DNA of 64,000 nucleotides from an uncultured Actinomycetota bacterium (GTDB lineage: Bacteria > Actinomycetota > Actinomycetes > Propionibacteriales > Nocardioidaceae): contig CAVOZH010000005.1 in assembly GCA_963700955.1 (NCBI GenBank), forward strand, positions 36,561 to 100,560, written 5' to 3'. A program made the translations under genes and the position numbers. Shown in pieces: positions 56,819 to 64,000 of the stretch. Position 1 is the first letter of the stretch. Every line of letters begins with the position of its first letter. The notes below the pieces were generated by a model. The model saw only the letters and a program-made list of their open reading frames with translations. It was not told the DNA's origin and did not search any database.

Positions 56819-57937
56819 ATGTCCATCAAGTCCTTGGCAGCGCACCGCAGCGGGCGCGTCGCCGTGATCGCTGCTCTGTCCCTGAGCCTGTCGCTGGGGC
56901 TCAACGCCTGCTCGCTCGGAGGTACCTCCAGCGAGTCGACCGACTCCGGCGACGCCTCCGGCGCCCCGGCGAAGAAGGAGGTCGTGCTCGCGACCCACGA
57001 GTCGTGGGCGGTGCCGAAGGAGGTGCTCGCGGAGTTCACCCGCGAGACCGGCTACCACCTGAAGGTCGAGGCCGCCGGGGACGCAGGTGCGCTGACCAAC
57101 AAGCTCGTGCTGACCAAGGGCTCCCCGACGGCCGACGTCGCCTACGGGGTCGACAACACCTTCGCCTCGCGCGCTGTGGGCGAGGGCGTCTTCGCGGACT
57201 ACGCGCCGTCGAAGGCGCCGGCCTCGGCGGCCGGCTTCGAGATGCCTGACAAGGCCGGCGCCTCCGCTCTCACACCGGTCGACTTCGGCGACGTGTGCGT
57301 GAACATCGACGACGCCTGGTTCGCGAAGAAGGGCGTCAAGCCGCCCCGCACCCTCGACGACCTGACCGACCCGGCGTACAAGAACCTCTTCGTCACCCCG
57401 GGCGCCTCGACCTCCTCGCCGGGGCTCGCCTTCATGCTCGCGACCATCGCGAAGTACGGCGAGGACGGCTGGCAGAAGTACTGGGAGCAGCTCATGGCCA
57501 ACGGCACCCGGATCACCTCCGGCTGGACCGACGCCTACACCGTCGACTTCACCGCCGGTGGCGGCAACGGCGACCGGCCGATCGTGCTGTCCTACGACTC
57601 GTCGCCGCCGTTCACGATCCCCAAGGGTGGCGACAAGCCGACGACGAGCGCGCTGCTCGACACGTGCTACCGGCAGGTGGAGTACGCGGGCGTGCTCAAG
57701 GGGGCGTCCAACCCCGAGGGCGCGAAGGCGCTGGTGGACTTCATGCAGACGCCGACCTTCCAGGAGGCGCTCCCCGAGAACATGTACGTGTTCCCGGTCG
57801 ACGACTCCGTGAAGCTGCCCGACGTCTGGGCGAAGTGGGCGAAGACCCCGGAGAAGCCGTTCAACGTCGAGCCGGCGAAGGTCGCCGAGAACCGTGACAA
57901 GTGGCTGACCGCCTGGGGGGAGATCACCACCAGGTGA
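56819..57937 (+). CDS. thiB: Thiamine ABC transporter substrate-binding lipoprotein
   Basis: Start moved to ATG 56819. Lipobox LSLGLNACS. ThiB/TbpA-like sequence. Riboswitch immediately upstream. Confidence 0.85.
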   Translation: MSIKSLAAHRSGRVAVIAALSLSLSLGLNACSLGGTSSESTDSGDASGAPAKKEVVLATHESWAVPKEVLAEFTRETGYHLKVEAAGDAGALTNKLVLTKGSPTADVAYGVDNTFASRAVGEGVFADYAPSKAPASAAGFEMPDKAGASALTPVDFGDVCVNIDDAWFAKKGVKPPRTLDDLTDPAYKNLFVTPGASTSSPGLAFMLATIAKYGEDGWQKYWEQLMANGTRITSGWTDAYTVDFTAGGGNGDRPIVLSYDSSPPFTIPKGGDKPTTSALLDTCYRQVEYAGVLKGASNPEGAKALVDFMQTPTFQEALPENMYVFPVDDSVKLPDVWAKWAKTPEKPFNVEPAKVAENRDKWLTAWGEITTR

Positions 57938-59586
57938 GAGGCCAGTGGGGAACGCGCCTCGGGACCGTCGCATTGGCGGTGGTCCCGGTCGCGTTCCTCT
58001 GCGTCTTCTTCCTGCTGCCCCTGACGGGGATGCTCGCACAGGGGTTCTGGGTCGACGGCTCCCTGGATCTGAGCGGCCTGGCCGAGACGCTGTCGCGCCC
58101 GCGAGTGCACAGAGTGCTGTGGTTCACCGCGTGGTCGTCGCTCACCGCCACCGCGGTCACCACGGCCCTCGGGGTGCCGTTGGCCTACGCCTTGTACCGG
58201 CTCGAGTTCCCGGGTCGGCAGGCCCTCCGCGCGCTCGTGGTGATGCCGTTCGTGCTGCCCACCGTCGTGGTCGGGGTCGCCTTCCGGACGCTCCTCGCTC
58301 CCGCTGGCCCGCTCGGGTTCCTCCGCCTCGACGGGACCGCGGTCGCGATCCTCGCCGCGATGATCTTCTTCAACCTCGCCGTCGTGGTGCGCACGGTGGG
58401 TGGCCTGTGGGAGAGCCTCGACCACCGGCGTGAGGACGCCGCCGCGGCGCTCGGTGCCTCGCCCTGGCAGGTGCTGCGCACCGTCACGCTCCCGGCGCTG
58501 AAGCCGGGGATCGTCTCGGCGGCGACGGTCGTGTTCCTCTTCTGCTCCACGGCGTTCGGGGTCGTGCTGACCCTCGGCGGCCTGCGCTACGGCACGGTCG
58601 AGACCGAGATCTACATCCTCACCACGCAGTTCCTCGACCTCCGCGCGGCAGCGGTGCTGTCCGTCGTGCAGCTGCTCGCGATCGTCGTGCTCCTGTTCCT
58701 CGCCGGACGCACCCGCGGTCGGCGGTCGCAGGCCCTGGAGAGGACCGGCGGCCGGAAGTCGCGCACGCGTCCGGGCCGGAGGGACGCCCCGGCGCTGGCG
58801 GTCACCGCCGCGACGGTGGTCTTCCTGGCCGTGCCCCTGCTGACGCTGGTGGTGCGGTCGCTGCGCACAAGCAGTGGCTGGGGGCTCGACAACTACCGGA
58901 GCCTGGGTACGACGGGCAGCGGGACCGCCCTCCTCGTGCCCGTGTGGACCGCCCTGGACAACTCGCTGCGCATCGCCGTGGACGCCACCGTGCTCGCGTT
59001 GAGCCTCGGCCTCGCGGTCGCCTTCCTCGTCTCGCGTCCCGCACGCGGACGGGCGGAGCGGCGCGGCAGGGCGTTCCTGGACGGGCTGTTCATGCTGCCG
59101 CTCGGCGTCTCCGCGGTGACCATCGGCTTCGGCTTCCTCATCACGCTCGACCAGCCACCGCTCGACCTGCGCTCCTCCCCGCTGCTCGTGCCCATCGCGC
59201 AGGCGATGGTTGCCCTGCCGCTCGTCGTGCGCACCCTCGTCCCGGTGCTGCGCTCGATCGACCCGCGGCAGCGTCAGGCCGCGGCCACCTTGGGCGCCTC
59301 CCCGTTGCGGGCGCTTCTCGTGGTCGACGTTCCGGCCGCGTGGCGTTCCGTCCTGGCCGCGGCCGGCCTCGCGTTCGCGGTGTCCCTGGGGGAGTTCGGC
59401 GCGACCAGCTTCCTCGCGCGGCCCGACCGTCCGACGCTGCCGGTGGTGATCTACCAGCTGATCTCCCGGCCGGGGGCGGAGAACTTCGGCACGGCGCTGG
59501 CGGCGTCCGTCGTCCTGGCCCTGGTCACGGTGACCGTGATGGGGGCCGTCGAGCGACTGCGCGTCGGGTCGATGGGATCGTTCTGA
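57934..59586 (+). CDS. thiP: Thiamine/iron-type ABC transporter permease (duplicated)
   Basis: GTG 57934 overlaps the thiB stop (GTGA). About 12 TM, two EAA-like loops (EDAAAALGASPWQVLRTVTLP; RQAAATLGASPLRAL). Confidence 0.85.
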   Translation: MRGQWGTRLGTVALAVVPVAFLCVFFLLPLTGMLAQGFWVDGSLDLSGLAETLSRPRVHRVLWFTAWSSLTATAVTTALGVPLAYALYRLEFPGRQALRALVVMPFVLPTVVVGVAFRTLLAPAGPLGFLRLDGTAVAILAAMIFFNLAVVVRTVGGLWESLDHRREDAAAALGASPWQVLRTVTLPALKPGIVSAATVVFLFCSTAFGVVLTLGGLRYGTVETEIYILTTQFLDLRAAAVLSVVQLLAIVVLLFLAGRTRGRRSQALERTGGRKSRTRPGRRDAPALAVTAATVVFLAVPLLTLVVRSLRTSSGWGLDNYRSLGTTGSGTALLVPVWTALDNSLRIAVDATVLALSLGLAVAFLVSRPARGRAERRGRAFLDGLFMLPLGVSAVTIGFGFLITLDQPPLDLRSSPLLVPIAQAMVALPLVVRTLVPVLRSIDPRQRQAAATLGASPLRALLVVDVPAAWRSVLAAAGLAFAVSLGEFGATSFLARPDRPTLPVVIYQLISRPGAENFGTALAASVVLALVTVTVMGAVERLRVGSMGSF

Positions 59587-59587
59587 C

Positions 59588-60601
59588 ATGCTCACCGTCC
59601 GCGACCTGACCGTCCGCTTCGACGGCCTCACGGCCGTGGAGGACGTGTCGCTCGACCTCCCGACCGGTGAGGTGCTCGCGGTGCTGGGGCCGTCGGGATG
59701 CGGGAAGTCCACGCTCCTGCGCGGGATCGCCGGTCTCGAGATGCTCAGCTCCGGCGCCGTCGCCTTCGACGGTCAGGACCTCGCGGGCGTGCCGACCCAC
59801 AAACGACGGTTCGCGCTGATGTTCCAGGACGGCCAGCTCTTCCCGCACCAGAGCGTCGCGGCCAACGTCGGCTACCCGCTGCGGCTTCGCGGCACCTCGC
59901 GCGGCGTGGTGTCGACTCGGGTCGGGGAGCTGCTGGAGCTCGTCGGCCTGCCCGGCCACGGCGACCGGCTCCCCGCCGAGCTCTCGGGAGGTGAGCGCCA
60001 GCGGGTGGCCCTGGCACGCTCCCTGGCGGCCGATCCGCGGCTCCTTCTGCTCGACGAGCCGCTCTCGGCGCTCGACCGCGAGCTGCGCGAGCGGCTCGCC
60101 GGCGACCTGCGCGACATCCTCACCTCGGCCGGGACGACCGCGATCCTGGTCACCCACGACCAGGACGAGGTGTGGACCGTCGCGGACCGGGTCGCCGTCA
60201 TGCAGGCGGGCCGGATCCTCCAGGCAGGCACGTTGGACGATGTGTGGCGGGCGCCTGCGAGCGACGCGGCCGCGCTGCTGCTCGGCTACCCGACGATCCT
60301 GCGGGGTGCGGCCGCGCAGCTCCTCGCTCGGGCGGGGGAGCACCACGACGTGGACTCGGTCGGCGCGATCGCCCTGCGACGCTCCGCCCTGCGCGTCGAT
60401 CCCGCGGGGCGGCTGGGCGGGCGCGTGGTCGCCGCGACGGTGAGCCCCGACGTCGTACGGCTCCGGGTGCTGGTCGAAGGGCTGGGGGAGATGCACGCCG
60501 TGGCCCGCCAGGATGCCGATGTCCGGATCGACCACGAGGTCTGCCTCGCGGTCGACCTGGCGCGCACCGCCGTACTTCCCGCGCCCTCTCCTGCGCGCTG
60601 A
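59588..60601 (+). CDS. thiQ: ABC transporter ATP-binding protein
   Basis: Walker A GPSGCGKST, signature LSGGERQRVALAR, Walker B LLLLDEP. Confidence 0.85.
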   Translation: MLTVRDLTVRFDGLTAVEDVSLDLPTGEVLAVLGPSGCGKSTLLRGIAGLEMLSSGAVAFDGQDLAGVPTHKRRFALMFQDGQLFPHQSVAANVGYPLRLRGTSRGVVSTRVGELLELVGLPGHGDRLPAELSGGERQRVALARSLAADPRLLLLDEPLSALDRELRERLAGDLRDILTSAGTTAILVTHDQDEVWTVADRVAVMQAGRILQAGTLDDVWRAPASDAAALLLGYPTILRGAAAQLLARAGEHHDVDSVGAIALRRSALRVDPAGRLGGRVVAATVSPDVVRLRVLVEGLGEMHAVARQDADVRIDHEVCLAVDLARTAVLPAPSPAR

Positions 60602-60638
60602 CCGGATTGGGCGGTTCGTTACTGAGTGTGTCCCTATT

Positions 60639-60822
60639 CGGGACTCACCGGCTTCCCTTGACCCGCACCCCGATCGGGGGTTCGGGTGCTTGGTTGCCTT
60701 CCAGCCGCCACCTTCGTCCTTGCGGGTGGTCTTGCGCTGGTTCCGACCCAAGGGCTCTTCGTGGTGCGAGGTGGCGGTCGGCTCTTGGCCCGGCCCATCC
60801 GGGTGCAGACGCGGAGCGTGCG
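60639..60822 (-). ncRNA. Candidate TnpB omega/right-end RNA scaffold region
   Basis: Non-coding 184 nt directly 3' of the tnpB stop with several hairpins on the minus strand (e.g. ACCCGAACCCC-gatc-GGGGTGCGGGT). None of the three frames shows DDE-transposase-like sequence. Confidence 0.3.
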
Positions 60823-62163
60823 TCAGGCGGCCACCGGTTGTGGCGGTGCAGGCTTCGGGGGTGGTGCGGTGTAGCGGGCCAGGTTGATCGCCGCGTTCAC
60901 GTCCCGGTCGAGGACCAGGCCGCACGAGGAGCAGTGGTAGACCCGGTCGGCCAGGGCCAGCTCGCCGTCGATGGTGCCGCAGCCCGAGCAGGTCTTGCTC
61001 GAGGGGAACCAGCGGTCGGCGACCACGAGCTCGGTGCCGTACCAGGCGGCCTTGTACTCCAGTTGCCGCCGGAACTCTCCGAACGCGGCGTCCGACACCA
61101 CCCGGGCGAGCCTCCGGTTGGCGAGCATCCCGGCGGCGTTGAGGTCTTCGACGGTCACCGACGTGTGGCCGCGGGCGAGCTGCGTGGTGATCTGGTGGAG
61201 CTGGTTCCGGCGCAGGTGCGCGACGCGTGCGTGGATCTTGCCCAGGCGGCGTGCTGCCTTGGCTCGTCCGTTGGACCCCTTCTTGGTTCTCGAGTAGGCC
61301 TGGTTGGCGAGCTTCAGGCGTGCCTGGGCTTGCTGCAGTGCTTTCACCCCCTCCCACGCGTGCAGCACGAGACCGTGTTCGTCCGCGACGACCGCGAGGG
61401 TCTTCACGCCCAGGTCGACACCCGCCCGGCCTGGGTGGCGGTCCTTCGAGGTTCGGCGCTGGTGGTGGAGTCGTGCGGCGACCCCGGTGATCGCGACCAC
61501 CCACCGGCCGCGCTCGTACCGAAACGACGCCGCGTAGGCGTGGAACCTGCCGGCGGCGAGCATCTTCGTGAGCCTGCCGGTGTGCTCGTGGACCCGCAGC
61601 TCACCGAGCTTCGGGAACCGGATGGTTCGCGGCCCGGTAGGTCGCACCGACGGTGTGGCGCCTTCGCGGTACTTGGCCCGGAGCCGGAACGCCGGTGCGG
61701 TCTTGCGGCGGGACTTGAACCGCGGGAACCCCGCAGCCTTCCCGGTCCGTTCGCCGGTGCGGGACTTCGACCAGTTCGCGAGCGCCTGGGCGGCGTTCAC
61801 CGACGCGCACTCGAACACGTCCGCCGAGACCTCGCCGCGCCACGGCAGTCCGCGGACCTCGTTGCCGTCGGCGTCGACCGAGGTCCGGGCTTTCGGGGCG
61901 CGGCCGTCCTTCCAGGCGTTCATGTGGTTGATGAACGACACCTTGCTCCACGACAACGTCGGGGTCAGGTCCGCCTCGGGGATGCCGTAGGACCTCTCGG
62001 CGGCCCGCTGGTCGAGGTTGGCCCTCACCCGGCCCAGGTGGTGGTTGAACGCCAGCCGTGCGGCCCCTGCGTGCGCGAGGAGCTGCTGGCACTGTTCATG
62101 GTTCGGGTCGAGCGTGAACCGGAACGTGGTCGCGCGGGTCAGCGGTACACCGGTGTGCGACAC
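60823..62163 (-). CDS. tnpB: TnpB (IS200/IS605-family OrfB, RuvC-like RNA-guided endonuclease)
   Basis: The start is uncertain (GTG 62163 chosen; the track ORF extends to GTG 62265). TTFRFTLDPNHEQ N-terminus. RuvC D/E/D (GVDLGVKT, VTVEDLN, DRDVNAAINLA). Zn finger CSGCG...CSSCG. Confidence 0.85.
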   Translation of the reverse strand: MSHTGVPLTRATTFRFTLDPNHEQCQQLLAHAGAARLAFNHHLGRVRANLDQRAAERSYGIPEADLTPTLSWSKVSFINHMNAWKDGRAPKARTSVDADGNEVRGLPWRGEVSADVFECASVNAAQALANWSKSRTGERTGKAAGFPRFKSRRKTAPAFRLRAKYREGATPSVRPTGPRTIRFPKLGELRVHEHTGRLTKMLAAGRFHAYAASFRYERGRWVVAITGVAARLHHQRRTSKDRHPGRAGVDLGVKTLAVVADEHGLVLHAWEGVKALQQAQARLKLANQAYSRTKKGSNGRAKAARRLGKIHARVAHLRRNQLHQITTQLARGHTSVTVEDLNAAGMLANRRLARVVSDAAFGEFRRQLEYKAAWYGTELVVADRWFPSSKTCSGCGTIDGELALADRVYHCSSCGLVLDRDVNAAINLARYTAPPPKPAPPQPVAA

Positions 62164-62259
62164 CAGCGTGGTGTCGACCTTCCTAGCGGCGGTTACCGGC
62201 ACGTGGTGATGGTGCCGCACACCACCGACATTTAGGTTGAGTGTGCGCCCCGCGGACTC

Positions 62260-62286
62260 GGGCACACCCTCTTATCGGGTGTGCCC
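62260..62286 (-). repeat. Perfect 10-bp stem hairpin upstream of tnpB (IS200/IS605-style subterminal hairpin candidate)
   Basis: GGGCACACCC-tcttatc-GGGTGTGCCC. Confidence 0.45.
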
Positions 62287-62577
62287 CATTCCGGATGAGC
62301 GGGCGTCAGGATGATCAATCACGCTCAGCGGAGCGACTCCCGGCTTCCAGGTGCCGTTGCGCGCCCAGCGTCGGAACTGCGACCACACCCGCGTCCACGG
62401 CCCGAACGACTCGGGCAGGAACCGCCACTGGCAGCCGGTGTTGGAGACGTAGCGCATCGCGTCCACCACCACCCTGCGCAGGTCGTCGGCGTGCTTGCGG
62501 CCCCGCTTGCCTGGAGCGTTGAACACCGGCTCCAGCAGGTTCCACTCCTCGTCGGTCACGTCACTTGGGTACGTCAT
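62272..62577 (-). pseudogene. Truncated IS5-family transposase orfA (DUF4096-type N-terminal domain)
   Basis: MTYPSDVTDEEWNLLEPVF...GRKHADDLRRVVVDAMRYVSNTGCQWRFLPESFGPWTRVWSQFRRWARNGTW is the typical IS427/IS1031-group orfA N-terminus. Similarity stops after GTW (about 62347). No frameshifted DDE orfB follows. Confidence 0.7.
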
Positions 62578-62642
62578 GCCTCGCACGGTGACGCCGAGCC
62601 GCATCACGGCAATAGGGACACACCCCGTTAGACTCCGCGCTT

Positions 62643-63701
62643 GTGAAGCGGCGGGCGTACGGACTCCTGGTGGGAGTCGCACTGATGATGGGCCTGCTCG
62701 CCGTCGTAGCCAGCCAGCGGCTCGGTCTGCCCATCCGCGACCCCGATGGCTTCCTCGGCCCGGCCTGGATCCGGCTGCCGCTGCTCGTCCTCGGCGCCTT
62801 CCTCGCGGACGTGGTCCCGCGCTCGGCGTGGCGGTCGCGGGGCAACCTCTCGAGGTTCCGCGAGGAGGCTCGGACCATCGTGCGCGAGCACTGGACCCAC
62901 GAGCGGATCGTCCTCGTGGTGATCGGGCTGGTCAGCTTCTACGTCACCTACGTCAGCTACCGGAACCTCAAGAACTTCCTGCCGTTCATCCGCGAGGGAA
63001 CCCAGGACCCGCTGCTCAAGGCGATCGACGAGGCGATCTTCTTCGGCGGCGACCCCGCGATCTTCCTGCACACCGTGCTCGGCGAGGGCGCCACGGCGCA
63101 CGTGCTGTCCTACGTCTACCTGATCTTCCTGCCGTTCGTGCCGCTCTCGGTGACGGCGTGGCTGGTGTGGTCGCGCAACATCAGCTTCGGCTACTGGTAC
63201 GTCACCGCCCAGTGCCTTGCCTGGTCGCTCGGCACCGCGAGCTACTACGCGATCCCCTCGCTCGGGCCGGCGTTCTACTACGTATGGCTCTACTCCGGGC
63301 TCGAGAACACCGGTGTGACCCAGCTCCAGGACGCCTTGTTCTACGGACGGTCAGAGGTCCTGTTCAACCCGTTCAACACCGACGGCGTGCAGAGCGTCGC
63401 CGGCTTCGCCTCGTTGCACATGGCGATCACACTGCTCGCGGCGCTCGTCGCGCACTACACCGTCCGGCACGCCTGGATCCGCTGGGGCCTGTGGGTCTAC
63501 GTCGTCATCACCGCCGTCTCGACGATCTACTTCGGCTGGCACTACATCGCCGACGACGTCGCCGGCGCCTTCATCGCGGTCGTCTCGGTGTACCTCGGCG
63601 GCCTTGCCACGGGGCAGAAGTTCGACAGACACGGGATCGCGTCGCATCCGACGACGAGCACGGCCGAGGTCCCGGTCGAGTCGACCTCCGTCTCGAGCTG
63701 A
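62643..63701 (+). CDS. PAP2-superfamily membrane protein (inositol-phosphorylceramide-synthase-like PAP2_C type)
   Basis: GTG start. Multi-pass membrane protein with C-terminal motif FASLHMAI...STIYFGWHYIADDVAG (PAP2 SxH / HxxxD blocks). Confidence 0.75.
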   Translation: MKRRAYGLLVGVALMMGLLAVVASQRLGLPIRDPDGFLGPAWIRLPLLVLGAFLADVVPRSAWRSRGNLSRFREEARTIVREHWTHERIVLVVIGLVSFYVTYVSYRNLKNFLPFIREGTQDPLLKAIDEAIFFGGDPAIFLHTVLGEGATAHVLSYVYLIFLPFVPLSVTAWLVWSRNISFGYWYVTAQCLAWSLGTASYYAIPSLGPAFYYVWLYSGLENTGVTQLQDALFYGRSEVLFNPFNTDGVQSVAGFASLHMAITLLAALVAHYTVRHAWIRWGLWVYVVITAVSTIYFGWHYIADDVAGAFIAVVSVYLGGLATGQKFDRHGIASHPTTSTAEVPVESTSVSS

Positions 63702-64000
63702 CCGCCGCGTCGGCAACCGGGCCCGAAGCCGGGGCGAGAGCCGCCCGCCACCGGGTAGTCCGTGGTGACCATGCGGAAATGACCCCGCCACCCTCCATGC
63801 TTTGTCCCATTTCGCGACGTTGCCCGATTAGTCTGTGACCAGGGAAAACGTGATGCGCTGGGGTTTGCGTGCCACGGCCGGCTGGGGGGCCGGTTCAGAT
63901 CTGGCTCGGGGGAGCCGGGGGGAGCTACACATCATGTCGATGTACGTCGGCGTGCGATCGCACGCATCTCAGGTGGCAGCAGACCACGCATCTCGTATCG

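Larger units (their letters stand above)
60622..62627 (-). mobile_element. IS5-family shell (17-bp IRs, TTA target duplication) carrying a truncated IS5 orfA and a TnpB gene
   Basis: IR-L is CTGAGTGTGTCCCTATT (60622-60638). The reverse complement of IR-R (62611-62627) is CGGGGTGTGTCCCTATT, identical at 15/17 positions. TTA directly flanks both ends (60619-60621 and 62628-62630). Confidence 0.6.

Noticed and set aside
62314-62318. TTGAT (minus strand) as the TAM of the TnpB unit
   Set aside because: It matches the ISDra2 TAM and sits 26 nt from the hairpin. However, the IS5-orfA similarity ends about 30 nt further out, so the true left end is undefined. TAMs also differ between TnpB lineages. 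It is mentioned only as a possibility.
63851-64000. Partial CDS at the right edge
   Set aside because: There are only 50 codons, with weak GC3 bias and no recognisable motif. It is reported as an observation, not a feature.

Overview
High-GC (about 70% by eye, not computed) actinobacterial chromosomal segment. The protein motifs look Nocardioides/Propionibacteriales-like, but the taxon is inference. I call about 60 protein-coding genes, tightly packed with many 1-8 nt start/stop overlaps. I saw no rRNA, tRNA or CRISPR array.

Gene content, left to right:
- partial ECF sigma gene and an F420-type nitroreductase
- signalling trio: REC-PAS histidine kinase, REC-fused RsbW-like kinase, membrane GAF-PP2C phosphatase
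- divergent ArsR / small Cys-tail peptide / ArsI-CadI locus
- methyltransferase-CHAD-two secreted phosphoesterases operon
- complete ribose operon rbsR-K-D-A-C-B with tandem LacI-type operators
- MBL hydrolase and SRPBCC protein
- divergent rtcB/archease pair
- MFS plus ArsR-rhodanese regulator
- form-II CODH-like molybdenum hydroxylase cluster (S-L-M-G plus XdhC, VWA, MoxR, MocA) collinear with serA
- ROK glucokinase, VOC protein, DHA2 MFS, secreted S8 protease, GGT
- SQR-like/TusE-DsrC/DsrE sulfur cluster, DUF4389 protein, flavodoxin, OYE reductase
- MEDS-RsbW regulator
- SDR/DapB-like/MBL operon and small accessory genes
- TPP-riboswitch-controlled thiBPQ transporter
- a 2-kb insertion sequence, then a PAP2-family membrane protein

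Most notable observations:
1. A second, well-formed TPP (THI-box) riboswitch lies on the minus strand at 21422-21537. It has no thiamine gene or ORF behind it. It points antisense into archease and towards rtcB.
2. An IS5-family shell (17-bp inverted repeats plus a TTA target duplication) has an interior that is almost entirely a TnpB gene with a structured 3' tail (candidate omega RNA).
3. A 16-nt identical KstR-type box sits in front of two separate oxidoreductase operons.
4. A receiver-domain-fused anti-sigma-type kinase sits in a phosphorelay/PP2C cluster.

All functions come from motif recognition by eye, several start codons were re-assigned from the ORF track, and no database search was run.
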